DNA of 64,000 nt from Myxococcales bacterium (GTDB lineage: Bacteria; Myxococcota_A; UBA9042; JABWCM01; BTVJ01). Shown here one piece after another: positions 17,245 to 27,787 of the stretch (its first letter is position 1; every line of letters starts with the position of its first letter). A program made the translations under genes and the position numbers. The DNA lies in NCBI GenBank assembly GCA_045863395.1, contig BTVJ01000015.1, positions 1 to 64,000 on the forward strand, written 5' to 3'. The notes beneath the pieces are model-generated. The model searched no databases. It worked only from the letters and a program-made list of their open reading frames with translations, and was not told the DNA's origin.

Positions 17245-19629
17245 GTGCCCGCCGTGACCCGCTCCACGCTGCTCGCCCTCGCCGTCCTCGCTCTCTCCTG
17301 CTCCTCGGTGACCCCGCTCCAGGATGCCTATGGCGGCGGAGGCGGTGGAGGCGGCGCGGACTCGGGTGAAGTCGACGTGTCGGTCCCAGTCGACACTGCA
17401 AGCGTCCCAGACGTGGCGGCGCCCGACGCCGGCGGGGAGGACGTTGCCGACGTCCCGTCCGGCGAGGTCGTCGAGGACACGGGGGCAGCCGCCGACGTCG
17501 TGCTGCCTGACGACGTCCCGACTCTACCGGACACCGGGGGCGGCTGCCCCGCACACCCGAGCGCGGGGCCGCCCCTCGGCGAGCGGTCGTGCGCGCTCCG
17601 CTTCGCCGTACCGCTGCCCCCGGGGACCTCGTCGGCGACCGTGCGGTCCGAGCTCAACGACTGGGGCAACGCCGGAGAGTGGCCCCTGTCGGACACGGAC
17701 GGGGATGGCACGTGGACAGGCGAGGTGGACGCCTCGGCGATGATCCCCGGCACCTATGGCTACAAGCTGTTCCTCAACGGCACGGACTGGGTCCTCGACC
17801 CGTCGACGCCGCTGCGGAAGGTCGTGGGGACCGAGAACAACTCCAAGCTGTACGTCCCCGACTGCGCCCTGCCCGAGCTGGTGGTGGAGTCGCTGAGCAT
17901 CGGCGCCGGGGCCATCGACGCCGTGATCGCGATTGCGGACGGGACGGCGGGGCCCGTGACGTCGGCGACCGCCACCCTCGCCGGTGAGCCCCTCCCGTGC
18001 GCCTTCGATGCGCCGTCGGGCCGCTTCTTCGTCGCGGAGAGCGGGCTCCCGCCAGGCAAGCACACGCTTCGGGTGCAGGCGTCGAACGAGGCCGGTACGG
18101 CGGCCGAGGTGACCCTGCCCATCTGGGTGGAGGCGACAGCCTTCGCGTGGGCCGACGCGGTGATGTACTTCGCCTTCGTGGACCGCTTCGACAACGGCGA
18201 CCCGAGCAACGACGGCGGCGACGCCTGCATGGACACCGACGATCCGGCGCGCTGGATGGGGGGCGACTGGAAAGGGCTTCTCTCGCGCATCGAGGGCGGC
18301 TGGTTCGACGCCCTGGGGGTCAACACCCTGTGGGTGACTGCCCCCGCCGACAACCCGAGCGGTTGCTTCACGGGTGACCTGCCGGGCAAGCAGTACACGG
18401 CCTACCACGGCTACTTCCCCAAGTCGATGACCGACCCGGAGGAGCGCTTCGGGACCATGGAGGACCTGCGGGCCGTGGTGAAGGCGGCGCACGCCCGCGG
18501 GATGCGGGTGCTCGTCGACCTGGTCGCCAACCACGTGCATGACCAGCACCCGAGCTATGGGGCGCACGGGGACTGGTTCCACCCCTACTTCCAGTGCGGC
18601 TTCGAGGAGAAGCCCGTGGAGTGCTGGTTCCAGCCCTACCTCCCGGACATCGACTACACGAAGGACGACGCGGTGGAGGCCTTCACCGAGATGGCGCTGT
18701 GGTGGGTGCGGGAGGCGGATCTGGACGGCTTCCGCGTGGACGCCGTGAAGCACGTGCACCAGAACTTCCTGCTGACGCTGCGCTGGCGGCTCGACCAGAT
18801 AGGCGAGCCCACCGGCGTGGACCACTACCTGGTGGGCGAGACCTTCGTAGGTGACTGGGGCGGAGGCGCCGGGCCCAACGAGGGGACCATCAAGGCCTAC
18901 GTGGGGCACGAGCAGCTCCACGGGCAGTTTGATTTTCCCCTGTATTGGCGCCTGCTCCAGACCCTCGCGCGCAACGAGGCGCCCCTGTCGAGCCTGGGGC
19001 AGCTCCTCGTGGAGTCGGCGGGATTCTACGGGTCTGACGCCATCATGGCCACGTTCCTGGGCAACCACGACGTTCCGCGCTTCATCAGCCACGCCAACGG
19101 CGACATCGGGGACATGTGGGGCAACGGCTCCAAGGAGCAGGGCTACGACGACCCGCCGGGGGCGCCGGGCACTGCGACCGCCTGGGAGCGCCTGCGGCTG
19201 GCGTGGACCTTCCTGTTCACGCAGACGGGCATCCCGCTCATCTACTACGGGGACGAGATCGGGATGCCCGGGGCAGGCGACCCGGACAACCGGCGCATGA
19301 TGCAGTTCGACGGCTTGAGCGCCGAGCAGCAGGCGACCATCGCGCACATCGGCAAGCTGGCGGAGGTGCGGCGGGCGCACCCGGCGCTTCGCGGCGGCGC
19401 GACGGCGGTGCTCGCCTCCGACGCCGACATGCTGCTCCTGGCGCGCACGCTCGGGGCGGACAAGGTGGTCGTCGCACTCAACCGGGGGGCCGGGTCGGCC
19501 ACGCTGAGCGGGTCCGTCGGGGGGACAGCAACCTGGACCGACGCCCTGAGCGGCGCTCCGGGCGGGACCGGGGGCACGGTGTCCATCACGCTGCCGCCCC
19601 GCTCTTCGGCGGTGCTCGTCAGCCAGTAG
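17245..19629 (+). CDS. GH13 alpha-amylase-family lipoprotein with CBM48-like N-terminal domain
   Basis: Lipobox ALSC, DRFDNGD, YHGYF, DLVANH, DGFRVDAVKH, VGE, FLGNHD and IYYGDEIG. Confidence 0.93.
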   Translation: MPAVTRSTLLALAVLALSCSSVTPLQDAYGGGGGGGGADSGEVDVSVPVDTASVPDVAAPDAGGEDVADVPSGEVVEDTGAAADVVLPDDVPTLPDTGGGCPAHPSAGPPLGERSCALRFAVPLPPGTSSATVRSELNDWGNAGEWPLSDTDGDGTWTGEVDASAMIPGTYGYKLFLNGTDWVLDPSTPLRKVVGTENNSKLYVPDCALPELVVESLSIGAGAIDAVIAIADGTAGPVTSATATLAGEPLPCAFDAPSGRFFVAESGLPPGKHTLRVQASNEAGTAAEVTLPIWVEATAFAWADAVMYFAFVDRFDNGDPSNDGGDACMDTDDPARWMGGDWKGLLSRIEGGWFDALGVNTLWVTAPADNPSGCFTGDLPGKQYTAYHGYFPKSMTDPEERFGTMEDLRAVVKAAHARGMRVLVDLVANHVHDQHPSYGAHGDWFHPYFQCGFEEKPVECWFQPYLPDIDYTKDDAVEAFTEMALWWVREADLDGFRVDAVKHVHQNFLLTLRWRLDQIGEPTGVDHYLVGETFVGDWGGGAGPNEGTIKAYVGHEQLHGQFDFPLYWRLLQTLARNEAPLSSLGQLLVESAGFYGSDAIMATFLGNHDVPRFISHANGDIGDMWGNGSKEQGYDDPPGAPGTATAWERLRLAWTFLFTQTGIPLIYYGDEIGMPGAGDPDNRRMMQFDGLSAEQQATIAHIGKLAEVRRAHPALRGGATAVLASDADMLLLARTLGADKVVVALNRGAGSATLSGSVGGTATWTDALSGAPGGTGGTVSITLPPRSSAVLVSQ

Positions 19630-19687
19630 CGCCGGCGGGGCGTGCGCTGCTATCCTCGGGCCCCCAGGCCAGGCAGGAGGCGACCAC

Positions 19688-20587
19688 ATGAGCGAGCAGA
19701 AGCAGACCAGGCGCGCGACGGTTCCTGCGCTGGAGGAGGTGCTCGGGCAGGCCTTCCCCGTGCTGGACCACGGCTTCGTGCGTGTCGTCGACTACATGGG
19801 CGACGACGCGGCCATCGTGCAGGCGGCGCGGGTCTCCTATGGGGCCGGGACGCGGAAGCTGCGGGAGGATCGGGGGCTCATCCGCTACCTCATGCGGCAC
19901 CGTCACACGACGCCCTTCGAGATGTGCGAGCTGAAGCTCCACGTGAAGCTGCCCATCTTCGTGGCGCGCCAGTGGATCCGGCACCGGACCGCCAACGTCA
20001 ACGAGATCTCGGCACGGTATTCGGTGCTCGACCGCGAGTTCTACGTGCCGGACCCCGCGCAGATGACCGCGCAGGCCGAGGTGAACCGGCAGGGGCGCGG
20101 AGAGGCGCTGCCCCCCGAGCTGGCGGACCGGTTCCGGGAGCTGCTGCGGGACGACGCGGTGCGCGCCTACGACCACTACCTGGAGATGCTCAACCTGGAT
20201 GACGAGGGCGCGCCGGTCGATCCGACGCGCGAGGGGCTGACCCGGGAGCTGGCGCGCATGGACCTGCCGGTCAGCTACTACACCCAGTGGTACTGGAAGG
20301 TGGACCTGCACAACCTGCTGCACTTCCTGAAGCTGCGGAAGGACCCGCACGCCCAGTGGGAGATCCGCGTGTACGCCGACGTGATCGGGGGGCTCGTGGA
20401 GCGGTGGGTGCCGGCCGCCTGGGAGGCCTTCCGCGACTACCAGCTCGACGCCGTGCTGCTCTCGCGCATGGAGGCGGAGGCTCTCCGGGCCGTGCTCCGC
20501 GGGGAGGCGCCCGATCTGGCGGCCCTCGGGATGAGCCCGCGGGAGATCCGGGAGCTTCGGGAGCGCTTCCCTCTGGGGGCCCCATGA
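19688..20587 (+). CDS. thyX: FAD-dependent thymidylate synthase
   Basis: HTTPFE, RQWIRHRTANVNEISARY, RELAR and HAQWEIR. Confidence 0.96.
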   Translation: MSEQKQTRRATVPALEEVLGQAFPVLDHGFVRVVDYMGDDAAIVQAARVSYGAGTRKLREDRGLIRYLMRHRHTTPFEMCELKLHVKLPIFVARQWIRHRTANVNEISARYSVLDREFYVPDPAQMTAQAEVNRQGRGEALPPELADRFRELLRDDAVRAYDHYLEMLNLDDEGAPVDPTREGLTRELARMDLPVSYYTQWYWKVDLHNLLHFLKLRKDPHAQWEIRVYADVIGGLVERWVPAAWEAFRDYQLDAVLLSRMEAEALRAVLRGEAPDLAALGMSPREIRELRERFPLGAP

Positions 20588-21048
20588 GCGAGCGAGATGC
20601 GCACGAACAGGCACGGATGGAGGCCGAGGAGCGGCTGCGCACCTTTCTGTGGCATGAGGGGGCCGCCCTTCGCCAGCCCGTGGAGCTCGGGTACGTGACA
20701 TTGGACGAGGCGGTGGCGGTGCTGCTCGCCGCCTACGGGCGCGTGCTGGAGTGTGACCCGGACCAGGTGCTCCGGCAGGCATTCCAGGAGGGCGGCCCAG
20801 CACCCGCCGAGCGCCGAGCGGAGGAGGAGGAGGCGCGGCTTCTGGCCGTCGTGCAGTCGGCGAGGCCAGGCGTCCGTCGCCCCGTCCAGGCGGCGTCAGA
20901 CCGTGAGGTCCGCGAGGTCCGGGAGGTCCGGGAGGTCCGGGAGGTCCGGGAGGTCCGGGAGGTCCGGGAGGTCCGGGAGCCGCCGCGCCTTCGCGTCGCC
21001 CCGGAACCTCCCGAGGACCCGAGCGATGAGCCCCCGGGCGACGTCTGA
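20584..21048 (+). CDS. Hypothetical protein with (REV)n tract
   Basis: ATGA overlap with the thyX stop and GC3-rich codons. Confidence 0.6.
   Translation: MSERDAHEQARMEAEERLRTFLWHEGAALRQPVELGYVTLDEAVAVLLAAYGRVLECDPDQVLRQAFQEGGPAPAERRAEEEEARLLAVVQSARPGVRRPVQAASDREVREVREVREVREVREVREVREVREPPRLRVAPEPPEDPSDEPPGDV
20902..20979 (+). repeat. 9-bp tandem repeat CGGGAGGTC, 8.7 copies
   Basis: Six perfect copies, two variant copies and a partial copy, read directly. Confidence 0.95.
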
Positions 21049-21145
21049 TCCCTTGTCTTGCGCCGCATCGGTCGGCCATACTGGCGCGGTCGGCTGATCG
21101 GAGAGCTGCTCCGTGGCGGTCGGCGCCATACCCCCAGGAGCCTCC

Positions 21146-21646
21146 ATGGAGTCCAGCACCCAGCGCGCTGCGGCCGGCAAGGTCGTGCAGGTCCACTACT
21201 CTCTCTGGAACGACAAGGGCGAGCAGATCGAGAGCTCCCGTGACTCGGACGCGCTCACCTACCTGCATGGCGCGGGCAACATCATCCCTGGCCTCGAGCG
21301 GGCGATCACGGGCAAGGCCATTGGCGACACCCTCGAGGTGTCCGTCGCCCCCGCGGATGGCTATGGGGATCGAGACCGGCCGGCACACCAGCCGGTCCCG
21401 CGCTCGGCCTTCCCAAAGGGCGCCCCCCTGAACGCCGGCATGCGCTTCACCACGGAGTCGGGCGGCGGCGACGTGGTCCCCGTGTGGATCGCCGAGGTCA
21501 CCGAGGACACGGTGTTCATCGACTTCAACCACCCGCTGGCGGGCCAGGTGTTGCGCTTCGAGGTGGAGGTCGTCGGCGTCCGCGACGCCACGCGGGAGGA
21601 GGTCGCCCACGGCCACCCCCACGGAGCAGGTGGGCACCACCACTGA
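21146..21646 (+). CDS. slyD: FKBP-type peptidyl-prolyl isomerase SlyD
   Basis: YLHGAGNIIPGLE, DFNHPLAG and a His-rich tail. Confidence 0.93.
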   Translation: MESSTQRAAAGKVVQVHYSLWNDKGEQIESSRDSDALTYLHGAGNIIPGLERAITGKAIGDTLEVSVAPADGYGDRDRPAHQPVPRSAFPKGAPLNAGMRFTTESGGGDVVPVWIAEVTEDTVFIDFNHPLAGQVLRFEVEVVGVRDATREEVAHGHPHGAGGHHH

Positions 21647-21649
21647 CGG

Positions 21650-22645
21650 TCACTCGGGGGTGAGCTCTCCCGCCAGGTCCGTGAGGAAGGTGGACTCCAC
21701 CTGAGCGGGGGTCGTCCCGAGGGCCCACATGAGCTTGGTGACGCTTGCCTCCACGGTCATGTCTCCGCCCGAGATCGCCCCCCGGTCTCGGGCCGCCTGC
21801 CCGCACTCGTAGAGGCCCAGGTCCACCCCACCGCGGAGGGTCTGGGACGTGATGACCACCGGGATCCCGTCGCACCGGAGGGCCGAGATGGCGTCGAGGA
21901 CGGACGGGTCCAGGGTCGGCACGTTGCCGCTGCCGTAGGCCAGCAGGACGAGCCCCGCGGCCCCGCCCGCGCGGACGGCACCCACCAGCGCCTGTCCCGG
22001 CATTCCGGGGGTGAGACGCACGCACGCCACGCGCGAGTCGAGCGCACCGCGGAGCTCCAGGGACCCCGTCGGGCGACGGACGTCGGTGGACAGCTCGACC
22101 CCCACGCCAATGCGAGCCAGGGGCGGGTGGTTCGGGCTCTCGAAGGCCTCGTAGCGCCACACGTCCACCTTGGTCGCACGGTTGGCGCGCAGCAGGTGCG
22201 ACCCGAAGCAGATCGTCACCTCGGGCACGTCCCGGGTGGCCAGCTCCACCGCGTCCACGAGGTTCATGCGCGCGTCGCTGCGGATCTCGCCCAGGGGGCG
22301 CTGAGAGCCGGTCAGGACTACGGGGCAGTCGAGGCCAGAGAGCAAGAAGGACAGCGCCGAGCCCGTGTACGCCATCGTGTCGGTGCCGTGGATCACCACG
22401 AAGCCATCCGCGCCCGCCCTCAGGGCCACGATGCGCTCGGCGAGCTGGTGCCAGTGGTCTGGGCCCAGGTTGGAGCTGTCCAGGTTCCAGAGCAGCTCGA
22501 CGTTGATGTCGGCGAGGCCCTCGATCTCGGGGACGACTCCGACGAGATCCCGCAGGTAGGTGCCCGGGTGCAGGGGGCGGGGGCGCCTCCCCTCCATACC
22601 CAGGGTCCCGCCGGTCAGCAGGAGGGAGACGCGCGGCTTGGCCAC
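21650..22645 (-). CDS. ansA: Type I L-asparaginase
   Basis: TGGTLGM, DSSN, HGTDTMAY, VLTGSQ and AFESPN. Confidence 0.9.
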   Translation of the reverse strand: MAKPRVSLLLTGGTLGMEGRRPRPLHPGTYLRDLVGVVPEIEGLADINVELLWNLDSSNLGPDHWHQLAERIVALRAGADGFVVIHGTDTMAYTGSALSFLLSGLDCPVVLTGSQRPLGEIRSDARMNLVDAVELATRDVPEVTICFGSHLLRANRATKVDVWRYEAFESPNHPPLARIGVGVELSTDVRRPTGSLELRGALDSRVACVRLTPGMPGQALVGAVRAGGAAGLVLLAYGSGNVPTLDPSVLDAISALRCDGIPVVITSQTLRGGVDLGLYECGQAARDRGAISGGDMTVEASVTKLMWALGTTPAQVESTFLTDLAGELTPE

Positions 22646-22688
22646 AGGAGCCTCGGGAGGGTTGGTCAGAGGGACGAGTGCTGATGAA

Positions 22689-23666
<978 letters not shown>

Positions 23667-23696
23667 GTGCATACCTCCTGTGTGTTTCCGAGCCGG

Positions 23697-23725
23697 AGCA
23701 TCGAACACGGCGACCCGGATGTCAA
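23697..23725 (-). promoter_or_regulatory. Putative sigma-70 promoter of cysK
   Basis: Minus strand TTGACA-N17-GATGCT. Confidence 0.45.
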
Positions 23726-23993
23726 CGGACAGCGCGCACGGACCCGGACGCCAGGCCGGCGCGGCGGCGACCAGGAGCATGCTGCCGGGAAGAATCATCC
23801 CACGCCGATACACACGATGTGGCGATTCGCTACAACATCGTAACTCGAGCGGGGTACACGCCCAACGTTTGAGCGGTTCCCTCCAGGTACTTGCCACATA
23901 CCGGTTGAGAGGAGGACGCGCCGACGCGCCGGGGGCGGGGAGCTGTGTGAGTCAATGCAGAGGCTGCGGGGGAGACCCGCGGTCTGGAGGGGC

Positions 23994-25565
23994 TCAGAGG
24001 GAGACAGGCCCCGGGAGCAGCAGGGTCTGGTCGAGGCTGAGCTCCGATGCGTCGAGGATGTGCAGGGCGCCGTCCCCGCGGTCCGTCCACAGGATCCAGT
24101 CTCCCTGGGGACGGGCGTGGAGGCGATCCCCCGTGACGCCCAGGGCCACGGGAGACACCGTGTCCGCCGCGAACCTGTAGAGTGCGCCGCCGTCCGTGGT
24201 CAGCAAGGACCCATCCGGAGCGGTGACTCGCTCGCGCAGGCCAGCAGCCGGGCCGTTGAGCGCGTTCAGGTCCTTGGTCCCCATGGCGACGCCGGCGGTC
24301 AGACCCACGCCCCCCTTGGTCCCGTGCACGAGCAGGGCACCGTCGCTGGCGAACACGTAGTCTGGCCGCTCGTCGCCCGCCGAGATGGCGTCCCAGGTCA
24401 GGTCCGCGACATCGACGACGATCACGCCGAAGGGGTCGGTCTGGAACGTGTTCCACTCCACCATCAGGGTCTCGCGGATCGTGAACCCGGCAACCCGGTG
24501 ACCGTCGGCGGACCACTCCACGGGCCCGAAGCCCGGCACGTTGCCCAGGTGCTCGCCGGTCTCCAGGTTGACGATGCTCACGGGGTCACCGGGAGGGAAG
24601 TCGTTCCACGTCTGCACCTCGTCAATCACCTCGGGCTGCGCGAGGACCGCGTCGTGCAGCACGCAGGTGCGCGGAGCCAGCACGGCGAGGGGCCCCTCGG
24701 GCTGGAGCTTCAGGTCGTCTGCGCAGTTGGGAAACTCGATGGCGCCCCGGTAGCTCATATCGGCGAGCTCCCACGTCTGCACCGTGGTCCAGGGGACGCC
24801 GAACTTGTCCCACTTGCTGGAGGTGACGATCATCGCGTCGTCGGTCATGTCCAGATCCCGCGTGGCGGCGATGGCCACGAAGGCCTGTGAGGCGCCGATC
24901 TTCAGATCGACCAGCTCGACGCGGCGCGCCCACAGGGCGAGGACGTCGGACTCCCAAACCGCCACGTCCGACGGGCGTTGCGGAAGATTCAGCAGCGCGA
25001 CGTGGCCGCCGCTCGGCGAGGCGACGAGGCTGCGGGAGACGGCCTCCGACACATGGACCGTCTCTACGGCGCCCGATGGCAGCGAGAGCCGGAGGACCGT
25101 GCGCCCGTCGCCGCGCAGCAGGAGCGCCTGCCCAGGAGCGCCGGCCCGCATGGCCTGGAGACCGCACAGATCCGCGCGGAGCTGGGTGGTCCGCGCCTCC
25201 AGGTCAGTCACCGCGAGGCAGCGGCCGGAACCCGCCTGGACCAGGCTCAGCAGGAAGCGCCCGTCGCGGGTGAGGAGCTGGTCCTCCAGGGCGCCAGGGA
25301 GAGTTTCATCCACGACGTCGATGGGCGGATTCTGGGGATCCGCGGGGTTGGACGGGTCCTGCGGGAGTGTCGCCCGGGGGTCCGACGGGTCCCGCGCGGG
25401 GCCTCCCGAATCGTCGGCGGAGGGCGACTCCGAGGGGTCTCCAATCACGGACGGGTCGCCGACCTGGCTGGCCGAGCCCCGGCCCATGGGCTCGCACCCG
25501 ACGGAGAGGCCACCGAGCGACAGGGCCAGAGGGAAGGCGATCCAGGGGATTGCGCGCAAGGTCAT
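23994..25565 (-). CDS. Probable beta-propeller lipoprotein
   Basis: Lipobox SVGC, P/D/S-rich linker and repeated S(P/A)xG / TxDG turns. Confidence 0.75.
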   Translation of the reverse strand: MTLRAIPWIAFPLALSLGGLSVGCEPMGRGSASQVGDPSVIGDPSESPSADDSGGPARDPSDPRATLPQDPSNPADPQNPPIDVVDETLPGALEDQLLTRDGRFLLSLVQAGSGRCLAVTDLEARTTQLRADLCGLQAMRAGAPGQALLLRGDGRTVLRLSLPSGAVETVHVSEAVSRSLVASPSGGHVALLNLPQRPSDVAVWESDVLALWARRVELVDLKIGASQAFVAIAATRDLDMTDDAMIVTSSKWDKFGVPWTTVQTWELADMSYRGAIEFPNCADDLKLQPEGPLAVLAPRTCVLHDAVLAQPEVIDEVQTWNDFPPGDPVSIVNLETGEHLGNVPGFGPVEWSADGHRVAGFTIRETLMVEWNTFQTDPFGVIVVDVADLTWDAISAGDERPDYVFASDGALLVHGTKGGVGLTAGVAMGTKDLNALNGPAAGLRERVTAPDGSLLTTDGGALYRFAADTVSPVALGVTGDRLHARPQGDWILWTDRGDGALHILDASELSLDQTLLLPGPVSL

Positions 25566-25625
25566 GGGGTCCTCCAATGCGGCGCGGTGGCCGCGGGTTG
25601 TGGTCCGCTCGACGGGGTGGGCATT

Positions 25626-25641
25626 AGCAATTCCCGTGCCA
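25626..25641 (-). promoter_or_regulatory. Sigma-54 promoter (leftward)
   Basis: Minus strand TGGCAC-GGGAA-TTGCT, matching the -24/-12 consensus. Confidence 0.8.
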
Positions 25642-25658
25642 CGGCGTCGCCAGGTCTC

Positions 25659-25674
25659 TGGCACCGACCTTGCA
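25659..25674 (+). promoter_or_regulatory. Sigma-54 promoter (rightward)
   Basis: TGGCAC-CGACC-TTGCA, matching the -24/-12 consensus. Confidence 0.8.
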
Positions 25675-25762
25675 GAGGGCGCTCCTGACTCTCGCGGCGA
25701 ACGGACACCGAATGAGCTCGGCGGCCGAGGCCCACCACTCAACAGGGAAAGGGAGGAAGCAG

Positions 25763-27769
25763 ATGAACGTGCTTACGGACAGACTCCGAAGACTGGCAGT
25801 GGGCGCCTTGCTCCTCGGCCTCTCGGCAGGCTGCGACGCGGCGAGCGAGCAGGGGAACACGGGGCCCAACTTCAGCGGAAACGCGGCGGACTCATTCGCT
25901 GACACCAGCAGCGGGGAGGGGAGCCAGACTGGCGGCGGAGGGGGCGGATTTGGCTACGAGCCGGGGAGCAATAATGATTGGGGTGGCGGTTCCGACACGG
26001 CCAGCCCTGCGTCGGACTCGACTGGAGGGTGGAGCGGTTGGGGCGGCGCCGGCGCCGACGCCAGCAGCGGAGGCCCCGGGAGCCCGGGCGGAGGGAGCGG
26101 ACCCAACGGCGAGTGCATCCCCGACTGCGCAGGTCGCCAGTGCGGCCCGGACGCCTGCGGCGGCACCTGCGGCTGGTGCGGCGGAGACGACTCCTGCCAG
26201 CTCGGCGTGTGTCTGGAGGTCCCCGGCTGCAAGCCTGCCTGCGCCGGCCAGATGGTCGGCATCGAGGACGGCTGCGGTGGCGTGTGCTCGGGCAGCGGCC
26301 TGGGCATCGGGCTCGTGCCTGGCGGCGCACAGGACGCGTCCTACTTTCGCAAGATGGTGCTGGCGGGCGAGGTGCCCAGCCCGGACGTGCTCCCCATCGA
26401 GGGCTGGCTCACCGAGCACGGCACGCCGCTGCCTCCACCGCTGCCGGACCGCTTCGTCTCCCTGCACGGGTTTGCGGGGCTCTTCTACGACCCGGCCCAG
26501 GGCGCCCCCACGGTCGCGCTGCAGCTCGGGATGAACTCGGCGGTGCCACAGGAGGTCATCGAGGCCAACCACTTCAACCTCAGCCTGGTGGTGGACGTCA
26601 GCGGGTCCATGGACGGGCAGGACAAGATGGTGTTCGTGAGGCAGGGGCTCCTCCAGCTCATCGACACCCTGAGCGAGGAGGACATGGTCTCCATCGTCAC
26701 CTACTCGACGGACGCGAAGACCGTGTTTCCGCCGCAGCGGCTCAAGGACAAGGCGAAGGCGAAGCAGGTCATCGAGGCGATGTTCCCGGGCGGGTCGACC
26801 AACCTGTCCGGCGGCCTGAAGCTGGGCTATGAGAACGTCCTGACCCACATCGCAGACACGAGCCTCACGCCGCGGGTGATTCTGCTGAGCGACGGCGTGC
26901 CGACCGCAGGGATCCTGGACACGCCGTCCATCCTGGCGATGAGCAAGAGCTTCAATGACGTGGGGGTCGGCCTCACGACCATCGGGGTTGGAGCAGACAT
27001 CAACTTCGATCTGATGCACCTCCTCGCCACCCAGGGTCTCGGCAACTTCTACTTCCTGGACACGGCGGACAAGATCACCCAGGTGTTCGAGGCCGAGATC
27101 AAGTATCTGCTGACTCCGGTCGCCAACAACCTGAAGATCTGGTTCTCTCTGCCCACCGGGTTCGGGGTCGACGCGATCTACGGCTTCGAGTACAAGCTCA
27201 AGGACGGGTCTGTCCACCTCCTCGGCCCGAGCCCCCAGTATGACGTGGACGAGGGTGGGGTCATCGAGCCGCCGCAGCCGAGCGAGGAGCAGCCGGACGT
27301 GGCAGTCTCCACGGTCTTCGCCGCCAAGAAGAACGGTCTGCTGATGGTGAAACTCCAGAGCCCGCAGGCCGACCTGCTCAAGGACATGGAGAACGCGGCC
27401 CTGACCAAGGTCTATTACGAGTACGAGCTGGTCAAGGAGAAGACGGTCGAGACCTTCACGACCGACATCGCGCTGGGCTCGCTGGAGTATGACGACGGCG
27501 GCGGGTTCCAGTACTTCTCGGGCGCCATCATGCAGCGCAACTTCTGTCTGCTGCGCCTGGGGCTGTCCATGAAGGAGGCCTGCGGGCTGTTCCACGAGGA
27601 CTCGACCAACGTCCAGCCGGCGATTCAGCAGCTCGTCTATGCGCGGACCTTCTGCAACGGGATCAACGTCCAGCTCAAGGACCCGAAGATCGCGGAGGAC
27701 GTGGTCCTGCTCGAGACCCTCATGGAGAACATCTGCTCGGAGTGTGTCGACCCTGCGGCGCAGCCGTGA
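25763..27769 (+). CDS. VWA-domain lipoprotein (YfbK-like) with Cys-rich module
   Basis: Lipobox SAGC, CGPDACGGTCG, MIDAS motif DVSGS, GGSTN and LLSDG. Confidence 0.9.
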   Translation: MNVLTDRLRRLAVGALLLGLSAGCDAASEQGNTGPNFSGNAADSFADTSSGEGSQTGGGGGGFGYEPGSNNDWGGGSDTASPASDSTGGWSGWGGAGADASSGGPGSPGGGSGPNGECIPDCAGRQCGPDACGGTCGWCGGDDSCQLGVCLEVPGCKPACAGQMVGIEDGCGGVCSGSGLGIGLVPGGAQDASYFRKMVLAGEVPSPDVLPIEGWLTEHGTPLPPPLPDRFVSLHGFAGLFYDPAQGAPTVALQLGMNSAVPQEVIEANHFNLSLVVDVSGSMDGQDKMVFVRQGLLQLIDTLSEEDMVSIVTYSTDAKTVFPPQRLKDKAKAKQVIEAMFPGGSTNLSGGLKLGYENVLTHIADTSLTPRVILLSDGVPTAGILDTPSILAMSKSFNDVGVGLTTIGVGADINFDLMHLLATQGLGNFYFLDTADKITQVFEAEIKYLLTPVANNLKIWFSLPTGFGVDAIYGFEYKLKDGSVHLLGPSPQYDVDEGGVIEPPQPSEEQPDVAVSTVFAAKKNGLLMVKLQSPQADLLKDMENAALTKVYYEYELVKEKTVETFTTDIALGSLEYDDGGGFQYFSGAIMQRNFCLLRLGLSMKEACGLFHEDSTNVQPAIQQLVYARTFCNGINVQLKDPKIAEDVVLLETLMENICSECVDPAAQP

Positions 27770-27787
27770 GTCTCGCTCCAGGGGGGT

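Noticed and set aside
19619..21643. Minus-strand ORF with (GPP)n collagen-like tract
   Set aside because: It is the antisense reading of the 9-bp repeat and overlaps thyX and slyD.
21600..21646. His-rich peptide as the missing Hxs precursor
   Set aside because: It is the normal SlyD metal-binding tail and has no H-x-S repeats.
23730..23990. SAM riboswitch upstream of cysK
   Set aside because: SAM-I consensus elements were not found on the minus strand.
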